Origin: Marine group II euryarchaeote REDSEA-S43_B8
GTDB taxonomy: Archaea; Thermoplasmatota; Poseidoniia; Poseidoniales; Thalassarchaeaceae
DNA: 31,416 nt
Reading direction: 5' to 3'
Assembly: GCA_001629235.1 (NCBI GenBank)
Contig: LUSA01000037.1
Location: 891 to 32,306, forward strand
Each line of letters begins with the position of its first letter. Position 1 is the first letter of the stretch. The position numbers and the translations under genes are program-made. The notes under the pieces were generated by a model, which ran no database searches, was not told where the DNA came from, and saw nothing but the letters and a program-made list of their open reading frames with translations. Below, piece after piece: positions 10,243-18,220 of this stretch.

Positions 10243-10842
10243 ATGGAGGCTGACGGAGGTACCTCGCTCGCAGAGTGTCCGCGATGTCAGGAAGTTGTAG
10301 ACCATACTATCATCAAAAGGAAAAAAAGGGGTTTGGGCGAAGATATATTGGTGAAGTGCGAAGGGTGCCAAGCTGTTCATACGATAATAATCAGACCTCC
10401 TAAGGCGACTTCTATCAACACCACATTATCCGACGGAAGGGAGAGTTTCAATGAAGAAATTGAGGTTGACAAGGATGAAGAGATTTCGGTCGGAGACATG
10501 TTCGAACACAATGAAATCACATGGAAGGTAACTAGGATTGATAATTCTCAATCTCGACCCCAAGAAAATCTACCAGCGACAGAGATATTCTCAATGTGGG
10601 CTACAAGATCTGATAGAACCATCGTTGGAGTGACAATGACCGATGGAGAAGTTAGCGAGTCTGGGAAAATAGAATGTGAACCTGATCGGGTTTTCTCATG
10701 TGGTTCGATAATCAAATTCGCAGATTCAAAGTGGAGAGTCAGGGCTATTCACACGGGAAAAGGAAGAACACTCAATGGAAGTAGGATGGCCTATGAGATA
10801 CGCAGGATATACCTCCATCCTCAAGATAATGTGAGAAGGTGA
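10243..10842 (+). CDS. Archaeal Zn-finger protein (HVO_0476/COG1326-like)
   Basis: N-terminal CPRC...CEGC..VH zinc ribbon followed by two repeated beta domains (TLSDGRES..EISVGDMF..WKVTRID; TMTDGEVS..SCGSII..WRVRAIH). ATG 10243 is preferred over the track start at 10168. Confidence 0.8.
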   Translation: MEADGGTSLAECPRCQEVVDHTIIKRKKRGLGEDILVKCEGCQAVHTIIIRPPKATSINTTLSDGRESFNEEIEVDKDEEISVGDMFEHNEITWKVTRIDNSQSRPQENLPATEIFSMWATRSDRTIVGVTMTDGEVSESGKIECEPDRVFSCGSIIKFADSKWRVRAIHTGKGRTLNGSRMAYEIRRIYLHPQDNVRR

Positions 10843-10864
10843 AATCCGGCCCCTCTAATGGGGA

Positions 10865-12754
10865 TTATCTTTCTTCATTTTCAAATTCAGTTAAGTTCGC
10901 GGATCTTAGTCGGATCAAGGAAACGGTAAGCATCCCTACTAGAACAACTACGATCAGGGATAAAACTGGTACTAGAGCAGAATTTACTGAATCGCCGGAG
11001 CCACTTGCAAATACGGGTTCAGAACCAAGAACGAAGACCTGGGCAACTAAGTTTGTAGATGCGTCATCACCAAGGATAGCCCGTACCATTACAGTCTGAT
11101 TTCCTTCGATTTGATTACCAGGAAGATATTGGAGCCGGTCGACCAACATAGTGTGGCTGATCTCAAAGTTTGTTTCGCCTTCTAGGAAATCTGGATGACT
11201 CATCCAATTGTCCCTCATGTCCCAAGTTCTCCATTGGACCTCCATCGGAGATCCTTGTACCGACACAGCGAATGACTCACCCGGATGTAGGTTTATCCTG
11301 TTCTCTTCTGAGAGGTCAGAGTCGACGCTTAGGTTGATATCGGTATTTAGCCCATACACATAGCTTGCAGCCTCTAAAAGAGCTGGGAGTCCCTCGACAT
11401 GCCCATGACCATACACATTGTTCTGCCTATTCTTAGGAATCAGATCCTCCGGGCACGGCTCATTTGCAAGCAAGTAGTGGCATTGCCTGTAGGTCGAGGT
11501 TTCCTGCATTATATTCCTGATATCAAATGGTGAAAGATCAGGGTTGGCCTGATACATTAGTGCCGCTAGTCCTGCTGCCCCCGGGGTAGCCATGCTGGTT
11601 CCTGAGTAAGCTACGTAGCCATCTCCCGAATTTGCTTCCGGAGCCATTACGCTGGACCCAACAAATGCAATATTAGGTTTCACCCTTCCCTCTTCGGTAG
11701 GGCCTTGACTGGAATAAACTGCTATCGAAGTGTCCTTGTCCAGAGCTCCTACGGTGATGACGTCCTCTGCAGAGCCGGGAGTACCGATCTGGGCGCTAAC
11801 CGCGCTGTTTCCAGCTGCAATGAATAGTGCTACTCCCGACCTAACCATCTCATTGGCCATTCTATTGACGCTTTCTTCCTCGCTGGATGTCCATTCTATC
11901 AGGCCAAATCCCCCAAGGCTCATACTAGCTGCTCTTATGTTGAAGTCATGTCTCTTGTCCACCGTCCATTCCATCCCCGCCATCACAGTGGCGAAAGATC
12001 CGGAGCCACCCTCATCCAAGACCTTGACCCCTACCAGTTGAGCCTGTGGAGCCACCCCGATGTTAACGAAATCTGGTGCACCGGTTCCTGCGGTAATTCC
12101 AGCACAGTGCGTACCATGGCCTTGGTCATCATATGCCTTAATCTCGGTTCCGTTCGTCTTATCGGGGTTGTTTACCGCATCATAGAATGCTATGACCTTC
12201 GAGTCATTGGTGGAATTGTCATCATCCAGATCGTCGAGTCCTGCATGATCTGAGTCTATTCCAGTATCGATGATTGAAACTACACTCCCCTCTCCAGTGT
12301 AACCGGTGTCCTCCCAAATCATTGGAATTCCATGTATGTCATTCACATCGCTCATCTGTGTAGTTAGAATCCCATCTAACTCGATAAGTACCACTCCGGG
12401 AAGACGAGAGGCTTTGATTAAATCTTCCACCCCTATCCTTCCTGCTATGCTATCTATCAGATGATAGCGGAACTGAGTCTGGAAATCTACCTCCCTCTCC
12501 AACATTTCCTGATCCTGAGATGTCGGAGTATGATCAAAGTCTACAATCACGCTGATGGTATTTTCTCCGTCCACCCAATCATACAATTCGCTGCCTATTG
12601 CCGACCAGATGGCATCATGTATCTTGTCACCATCCCTATCCATTGAAGTTGACTCCCACCATGGTGACTCTTGATACTCCCCTGTCCCAATACTAGACGA
12701 GGAAAGAGGGGCGAAGGCCAAGATAGCCAGAACTGCAATCGCCGCGGTCCTCAT
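10865..12754 (-). CDS. Secreted S8 subtilisin-like protease with propeptide and C-terminal membrane anchor
   Basis: Signal peptide MRTAAIAVLAILAFAPLSS (ATG 12754), propeptide-like region, IDTGID, GHGTHCAG, AGNS and SGTSMATP, then a C-terminal TM helix with a short tail. Confidence 0.95.
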   Translation of the reverse strand: MRTAAIAVLAILAFAPLSSSSIGTGEYQESPWWESTSMDRDGDKIHDAIWSAIGSELYDWVDGENTISVIVDFDHTPTSQDQEMLEREVDFQTQFRYHLIDSIAGRIGVEDLIKASRLPGVVLIELDGILTTQMSDVNDIHGIPMIWEDTGYTGEGSVVSIIDTGIDSDHAGLDDLDDDNSTNDSKVIAFYDAVNNPDKTNGTEIKAYDDQGHGTHCAGITAGTGAPDFVNIGVAPQAQLVGVKVLDEGGSGSFATVMAGMEWTVDKRHDFNIRAASMSLGGFGLIEWTSSEEESVNRMANEMVRSGVALFIAAGNSAVSAQIGTPGSAEDVITVGALDKDTSIAVYSSQGPTEEGRVKPNIAFVGSSVMAPEANSGDGYVAYSGTSMATPGAAGLAALMYQANPDLSPFDIRNIMQETSTYRQCHYLLANEPCPEDLIPKNRQNNVYGHGHVEGLPALLEAASYVYGLNTDINLSVDSDLSEENRINLHPGESFAVSVQGSPMEVQWRTWDMRDNWMSHPDFLEGETNFEISHTMLVDRLQYLPGNQIEGNQTVMVRAILGDDASTNLVAQVFVLGSEPVFASGSGDSVNSALVPVLSLIVVVLVGMLTVSLIRLRSANLTEFENEER

Positions 12755-12818
12755 GACCTCTAGGTGGAGCATCAAGACTTCAATCAGACGGTTAAGCGTG
12801 TATGGATTTGTCATACAT

Positions 12819-13646
12819 TCAGGCGTGGTCCGGGAAGCAATAGGGACAATACTCGCCAACGAGGTAATTGTCCGATTTCTGCTCTTCCACGGATAGTGGT
12901 TCCCTACATTTGAAGCACATCTCGATAGTAGTCTCTGAAAGTTTGTGATCGACTGCTACACGCTGATCGAAGACGAAACAGTCCCCGTTCCAATGTGAGC
13001 CACCGCACTCTTCGAAGTATCCAAGAACCCCCCCTTCAAGTTGCTTTACATCGGAAAACCCTGCATTCAGCATTACTGCAGAGGCCTTCTCACATCTTAT
13101 CCCTCCAGTGCAATACATAACAACCTGCTTGGATTTATACTCATCTGGAAGGGAGTTGATAGCTGCTGGGAACTCCCTGAATGAAGAGATTCCTAGATCT
13201 ATCGCTCCTTCGAATGAGCCGATTCTGACCTCGTAATCGTTCCTTGTATCCAGTACCAAGATATCTCGTCTTTCATCCAATAGTCGTTTGAAGTCGCTTG
13301 GTTTGATGTGAGGTCCTGTGAATATAGAAGGTTTGATTTCTTGCAAACCAAGAGAGATTATCTCATTCTTTCTCTTCACCAGCATTCTCCTGAAAGGCTG
13401 GTAATCTGTGTAACTGGACTTTATTGGAATCCCGGTGAAACGAACGTCTGACTCAAGGAAATCGATGAAATCGCTGACTCTATCCTCGGGACCGGCAAGG
13501 AAGAAATTTATCCCGTTCGGACTCAGGAGTACGGTCCCCCTTAGCTCCAAATTAGTACAAAACTCTAGGAATGATTCTCGGAGATCGTCTCTATCTGGCA
13601 GGTCTATGAAACGATAGCCAGCGACATTCAGTATCTCCTTGCTCAC
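12819..13646 (-). CDS. trhO: Oxygen-dependent tRNA uridine(34) hydroxylase TrhO (YceA/UPF0176, rhodanese-like)
   Basis: N-terminal GYRF..LRGTVLLSPNGIN, RMLVKRKNEII, LDTRNDYEVRIGSF, the signature YCTGGIRCEKAS, WNGDCFVFDQRV and a C-terminal CFKC..CPYC. Confidence 0.9.
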   Translation of the reverse strand: MSKEILNVAGYRFIDLPDRDDLRESFLEFCTNLELRGTVLLSPNGINFFLAGPEDRVSDFIDFLESDVRFTGIPIKSSYTDYQPFRRMLVKRKNEIISLGLQEIKPSIFTGPHIKPSDFKRLLDERRDILVLDTRNDYEVRIGSFEGAIDLGISSFREFPAAINSLPDEYKSKQVVMYCTGGIRCEKASAVMLNAGFSDVKQLEGGVLGYFEECGGSHWNGDCFVFDQRVAVDHKLSETTIEMCFKCREPLSVEEQKSDNYLVGEYCPYCFPDHA

Positions 13647-13684
13647 ACCACTAGGGAGTTCTATTTAGGGTAAGAACGCTGTTA

Positions 13685-14623
13685 TTACCTTCTATTTGTC
13701 CAAGGAAAAAACAGAGACTTGGTAACGTGGACAGCTACGTCTGGATTCTCTCTAAGTCTCCTCATCCCATACTCGTACCACTTTGTCCCATATGGCAGGT
13801 AAATCCTCGTCCTATGTCCCTTTTCTGCCAGTGATCTGCGAATGTTTCCCCTTACCCCCAAAAGAAATTGAAACTCATAACCGGGCCCTTTTCCTTTGGC
13901 CCTTGGTACGGGAGTATCATGACGAGGGTCATCCTTACCAGGTCCTAAACCTCTCGACTCCAATGACTCTAGAGCATGATCAATTACTGGCAAATCATGA
14001 GATGCGATTGCAGTATAGGCCCCTGATTCTAGCATCATATCTAGGGCTTTATTCGTTCCTTCAACGATGCCTTGATATGAAGTATGGGCAATTTCACGAG
14101 GTTCCAAGTAGATCCCCTTACAAATTCTGAAATCTGCCTTCGGACCTAGAGTTTCACACATTTGGGTAATATCGGACGGAGTTCTGAACATCCTTCCTTG
14201 GAGAACTAAGCCGATATTCTCTAGACCACGGGCTTGCATGTCTATAGTAGCATCAATTGTGGCTTGAGTGGCTCTACTGTCCTCCATAAAGTATATTTCT
14301 CTTTTTTTGTAAGCTGATTTTTGATCTATCAGTAGACCCAATGCTGTTGGCTTGATAGAGATGTTTGCATCTATTCCACTTTCTACGATTGAGTCCAGTA
14401 CTCTCTCATACTCATCAATGAACCATGATGACTCCTCGATGGAGTTAATCTCCTCACCTAGGACATCTACTGTGAAGCATGCTTCTTCGGATGACAATTT
14501 TATCATCAATTCGAGAGCCTGCTCCAGGTTCTCTCCTGCCATGTACCTCTTTGCCACCCATCCGACGACAAAGCGTGGTGCGAAAGGCAAGAGTGCCACA
14601 ATAGTCCTTCCGAAGATCCCCAT
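13685..14623 (-). CDS. putB: Monofunctional proline dehydrogenase (PutB/ProDH family); about 13 aa apparently missing near 14290-14310
   Basis: Motifs RYMAGE, DVLGEE, SIKPTALG, MEDS, LQGRMFRT, RICKGIYLEP, AIASHD, EFQFLLGVR and IYLPYGTKWYEYGMRRLREN. Confidence 0.92.
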   Translation of the reverse strand: MGIFGRTIVALLPFAPRFVVGWVAKRYMAGENLEQALELMIKLSSEEACFTVDVLGEEINSIEESSWFIDEYERVLDSIVESGIDANISIKPTALGLLIDQKSAYKKREIYFMEDSRATQATIDATIDMQARGLENIGLVLQGRMFRTPSDITQMCETLGPKADFRICKGIYLEPREIAHTSYQGIVEGTNKALDMMLESGAYTAIASHDLPVIDHALESLESRGLGPGKDDPRHDTPVPRAKGKGPGYEFQFLLGVRGNIRRSLAEKGHRTRIYLPYGTKWYEYGMRRLRENPDVAVHVTKSLFFPWTNRR

Positions 14624-14654
14624 GGCTCCCTCAACTAGACCAGAGACTTGACAA

Positions 14655-15593
14655 TTACGGGAGGAGAATTTCCTTTCCCCTTCTCACTGGGACGTCTAGT
14701 TCCGTAAGGAGGGAGGATAATGCCTGTCTTTGCCACCCCTTGAAGGATTTCCTGTCTAGGTGAGCGAAGACGTGCCCTCCGGGGAATGCCGCTCTAGTAG
14801 AATCCACAGCAGTACGAACAGAGTGCTCCCAAGAACCGAGAGGGGAAGATGATTCCTCCTGGCCCTCGAAGACTATGGCATAGTTTGCCAAGATATGCCC
14901 TACCCAAACTTCTGTCTCGGAAATGATTGCTTTGTGCCTAGGCGCATAATGCCCACCCCCTAACCCTATCATGACATCTCCCTCTCCCAGCCATTCTCTT
15001 TGTTGGGTATCCTCGGACATTCCCAAGCAGGCTGAAATCGTCTGTGCCCAAACGCGTGCAGCTCTTGAGTCGGCCCATCTTTCCTCGTCTGATCCAATTT
15101 CGAGATACAAGGTCGGACTATCCAACAGCGGACCGTGGTGTGTTGCCTCCAACGTAATATCATATTCTTTGTCAAGATTTGCTTCCATAGCAATCTTCCT
15201 CATTGTCCTAAACATATCTCCGAATCTTGTTGATGGAGGGACCGCTTTACCCTTGATTCCCCCGGATCGAGCCCTCTCACCGTGCGGAGTTTCCCCTGGA
15301 ACTCCAATTGCATGTAGAGTGAGTGCCGGGACTTCGGATGCAGAGGCGTGCTTGGAGAGAACAAGGACCTCGTCGACTGGGAAACCTGTGCTTTCCTCAT
15401 GTTCTTTGTCTATTCCATCTGCCATAATATGTAGATTGTCAATAAGGAGAATCTGCACTTCGAATTCTTCATGAATAGTTACCAAACCATGTGGAAAATC
15501 CTGTTCCTCCTCCCATCCCTCAATCTTGAGCACCTCGGATAGAATGTTCATCGAAGCAGTATCCTTTGTTGAGGATAAGAGTAAGGTTCCCAC
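14655..15593 (-). CDS. dtdA: Archaeal D-aminoacyl-tRNA deacylase (DTD2/DtdA)
   Basis: Motifs LLSSTKDTASMNI, LSKHAS..PALTLH, EATHHGP, LEIGS..W, GLGGGHYAP and GHILANY. GTG 15593 matches the usual family N-terminus. Confidence 0.92.
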   Translation of the reverse strand: MGTLLLSSTKDTASMNILSEVLKIEGWEEEQDFPHGLVTIHEEFEVQILLIDNLHIMADGIDKEHEESTGFPVDEVLVLSKHASASEVPALTLHAIGVPGETPHGERARSGGIKGKAVPPSTRFGDMFRTMRKIAMEANLDKEYDITLEATHHGPLLDSPTLYLEIGSDEERWADSRAARVWAQTISACLGMSEDTQQREWLGEGDVMIGLGGGHYAPRHKAIISETEVWVGHILANYAIVFEGQEESSSPLGSWEHSVRTAVDSTRAAFPGGHVFAHLDRKSFKGWQRQALSSLLTELDVPVRRGKEILLP

Positions 15594-15675
15594 GAAAGCG
15601 GGACAGGGGGGTGGTTCAAAACTCTCGGGTTCAAATTCAATAGTTACTTGTCCCATAGTACGCCCCGGGGTACCA

Positions 15676-16653
15676 ATGGTCGATGGGGAAAGTAGGCAAG
15701 CCTGGAGATTTATCGAATGGATAACTAGGCCAATGGAAACTGGAGAAATAGGATTTTCACCATCTGGAGTTGCTAGAGGGGATGATGTTCATGTCCTTAC
15801 AGGTACACAAGGTGAAGTGGTTAAAATCGATAGAGAGGGCATGCTACTTGGCCCCGTAGTATCCCCATTTCCATCCCCCGTCGTTGACTCTACAATAGTA
15901 GGGGACAGATGGTGCGGAATGTGGATGGATCGAGAGTTGAGGCAGGCAAGGATGGCAGCAATTCCACTAAACGAAGACTGGTTGAATGGCCCCAACAGGG
16001 AGCAAGTGAGGATCTCCATCCACTCAACAAATGGTGATGTCTTGAAGCCTGCAATGTCGATTTGGCATAGGACACTAGACTCGGAGCCCATGAAAATAGG
16101 AGTTTCGGGAGAAAACATAGTTTTCACGACAGTAACTGGGGTGTATATGATAGACTCTGATGCTAATGAGATTTGGAGGGGGATGTTACCAAGATGGCCT
16201 GATATCTCGAGCCTGTTCGCGTTCGATCAGATCGTGGGGATAGTAGAATTTCCTGGAGGATTATCCATTTGGTCCCGAGCAGGGGGAGTCTCGGTTCTTG
16301 ACCCCTCCAATGGACTGGAAATTTTCTCAAGGACAATTCAATTTGGAGATAAGATATCAGGAGTTTCTTACTCCGAAGAAGGGGGTTGGTTTGTTATGTT
16401 ACATGAGGGGTCCATAGCCGTGATGGACAAAATTGAGGGTGATTTCAGCCACTACAAGACAGGTTCTCCTGTTTTGGATGTCCAGTTCATTGATGGCTCA
16501 TGGAGGTGGACTGGATGGCGGCATGATGGAAGTCTTACAGGGCAAGTAGTGGATATTTTCGAACGCGACAGCGTCGGCGTGTCCATCATAAATGGGAGTG
16601 TTCTGACGAACGATGGTTCATGGAGCGAGTGGGGGGCTACTCGTCAGACTTGA
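15676..16653 (+). CDS. Hypothetical beta-rich protein (possible beta-propeller)
   Basis: Long ORF of short beta-strand/Trp/Gly repeats. ATG 15676 avoids the overlap with dtdA that the track start at 15526 creates. Confidence 0.7.
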   Translation: MVDGESRQAWRFIEWITRPMETGEIGFSPSGVARGDDVHVLTGTQGEVVKIDREGMLLGPVVSPFPSPVVDSTIVGDRWCGMWMDRELRQARMAAIPLNEDWLNGPNREQVRISIHSTNGDVLKPAMSIWHRTLDSEPMKIGVSGENIVFTTVTGVYMIDSDANEIWRGMLPRWPDISSLFAFDQIVGIVEFPGGLSIWSRAGGVSVLDPSNGLEIFSRTIQFGDKISGVSYSEEGGWFVMLHEGSIAVMDKIEGDFSHYKTGSPVLDVQFIDGSWRWTGWRHDGSLTGQVVDIFERDSVGVSIINGSVLTNDGSWSEWGATRQT

Positions 16654-16822
16654 TCGTGTAGCCGCACTTGCCGCATACTTTCCTGTCGCTATGCTCACCC
16701 AGAAAAACCCCAGCACCGCATTCAGGTTGGGGACAGGGGATTCCCTTCCTGACCAGTTCTCCGTCCACGATTTCGTATTTTGATGGCTTGGATTTCTTCC
16801 ACTTCTCTCCGGATCCAGCCAT
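16637..16822 (-). CDS. rps27ae: 30S ribosomal protein S27ae (eS31)
   Basis: [41 protein letters not shown] overlap with rps24e. Confidence 0.96.
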   Translation of the reverse strand: MAGSGEKWKKSKPSKYEIVDGELVRKGIPCPQPECGAGVFLGEHSDRKVCGKCGYTIKSDE

Positions 16823-17196
16823 CAAGCATCACCTTCCTCGGACTCTTCTGGTTGGTCCTCAGACTCTTCTGGTTGGGAATCCTCTTCCTCGGAAGGAGCG
16901 TTTTCCTTAGTCGCGGAGTTTACCCTTGAACTGTGCCTCTCTATTACGTACTCTGGCTCAATTGATTTTGATTCCGCCGAGCCGTAAATCAATGCTGTCC
17001 CTGTAGTTCTGGACATTCCAAATCTCGTATTCACGTTCTTTACGACAACCATGTCTCTATCTGCTCCAGGCTCTGCCTTAGCAGCCGCCTCCACCATTTG
17101 GGAGAGAGATGGAGTGGCTTCGTTGGAATGGTCCCACTGAAATTGTAGTTCGACCCGATCAAGCGCCGGGTTCTCCTTCCTGTTGATTATCTCCAT
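16822..17196 (-). CDS. rps24e: 30S ribosomal protein S24e (eS24) with acidic C-terminal extension
   Basis: [22 protein letters not shown]...[26 protein letters not shown], in its conserved operon position. Confidence 0.95.
   Translation of the reverse strand: MEIINRKENPALDRVELQFQWDHSNEATPSLSQMVEAAAKAEPGADRDMVVVKNVNTRFGMSRTTGTALIYGSAESKSIEPEYVIERHSSRVNSATKENAPSEEEDSQPEESEDQPEESEEGDA
16841..16876. repeat. 21-nt period tandem repeat (core GACTCTTCTGGTTGG twice) encoding QPEESE in the S24e tail
   Basis: Identical 15-mers at 16841-16855 and 16862-16876. Confidence 0.8.
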
Positions 17197-17206
17197 ATCA
17201 TCCCAC

Positions 17207-17425
17207 CTACCTGATATTTACCTTGAGTGCATAGCTTCCAGGTCTCTCTATTTGCAATCTCTTTGCAACCTCGGACCTGTCTGGATGCATAATTACGACG
17301 AAACCTTGCCAGTCTGTTGTAACTGGCGCGCTCGGGCAATGGTTGCATTGTGGTGGGTCTGACTTCTTCTCAGGATCTGGCAGAATCATATTGCACTCTC
17401 CACATGCAAATGGTTGCTTCGCCAT
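17207..17425 (-). CDS. spt4: Transcription elongation factor Spt4 (RpoE'')
   Basis: ACGEC..CNHC..TTDWQGFVVIMHPDRSEVAKRLQIERPGSYALKV, directly downstream of rpoE'. Confidence 0.95.
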   Translation of the reverse strand: MAKQPFACGECNMILPDPEKKSDPPQCNHCPSAPVTTDWQGFVVIMHPDRSEVAKRLQIERPGSYALKVNIR

Positions 17426-17426
17426 C

Positions 17427-17981
17427 TTATTCATCTCCCTTGGGCCAATCGAATCCCCCTAGGCCGTCCATTTTGCAATTCAATCCAATCTTGCTTGAAC
17501 GAGGGTCGTTGTGATTAATTGACTTAGAAACAATTCTAGCCCGAACCGATGATCCCATGACCAGAGACCGGCCACTCTGCTGCCCCTCAATTCTAGCCGC
17601 ATCGCCTCCTAGATTGACCTGTACAGGTTCATCAAGAATCTGTGACTTGTGAAGGAGAGCCTCCATTGGGCCAATCCTCACGAAGGCACCGTACTCTGAC
17701 ACCTCGGAAACAGCCCCGTCGATAACCTCATTGTTGTCCATTGTGAAAACTAGAGCCTTGAAACGGACGTTCTGGTAAATCGCACCGTCTCCGTGAATTA
17801 TCTTCCCCCTGCCTACTGCTTCATGATCGAACGTCAGTAGGGTGAAATTCTCATCCTCATCAAATCTACACTCAAATGCGTCATGAGCCAACTCGTCTAT
17901 GTGGTCCTCAAGTCTCCGGCCCCTCCTGATATATTCAGCAGGGATTCTGATAGTTGACTCTCTTGTCTCAAGGGTATACAT
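17427..17981 (-). CDS. rpoE: DNA-directed RNA polymerase subunit E' (Rpo7)
   Basis: IRIP..GKIIHGDGAIY.NV.FKALVF, S1 domain GAVSEVSEYGAFVRIGPMEALLHKSQI, and KIGLNCKMDGLG. Confidence 0.96.
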   Translation of the reverse strand: MYTLETRESTIRIPAEYIRRGRRLEDHIDELAHDAFECRFDEDENFTLLTFDHEAVGRGKIIHGDGAIYQNVRFKALVFTMDNNEVIDGAVSEVSEYGAFVRIGPMEALLHKSQILDEPVQVNLGGDAARIEGQQSGRSLVMGSSVRARIVSKSINHNDPRSSKIGLNCKMDGLGGFDWPKGDE

Positions 17982-17995
17982 TTCTTTTCCACCAA

Positions 17996-18100
17996 CGCGG
18001 ACCTTCCCGAAGCCGGACGGAGGGGGGGGGTCGCCTCCCGTCCCTCATCGGCCATGCCTCTGGAGGAGAGGTCCGTGCGACCCGGCGACCGACCCCTCCT
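17996..18100. ncRNA. Candidate structured RNA or 5' leader of the rpoE' operon
   Basis: 78 G+C in 105 nt by hand count, with nested inverted repeats. A TATA-like TATAA lies at 18102-18106. No known family was recognised. Confidence 0.35.
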
Positions 18101-18220
18101 GTATAAGCACAACGGATTGAGTTGGGAGTTCGGCTACTTCGATTAATCGTCAGACCGTAGGTCTGAATGTGCGTTTGGTGCGAATGTTCAAGTGGATTCG
18201 GAAACGCATATCTGATTCTG

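Noticed and set aside
17996-18100. Assignment of the GC-rich element to hammerhead ribozyme, C/D or H/ACA sRNA, SRP RNA, RNase P RNA or 5S rRNA
   Set aside because: The CCGATGA on the minus strand lacks the partner GAAA or CTGA boxes, there is no terminal ACA box, and the length and conserved cores do not fit. It is left unassigned.
10168-18220. Extended N-termini in the ORF track (10168, 12859, 15526, 15656, 17434, 18167)
   Set aside because: They cause overlaps with neighbouring genes or precede the family-typical N-terminus or signal peptide, so downstream starts were chosen.
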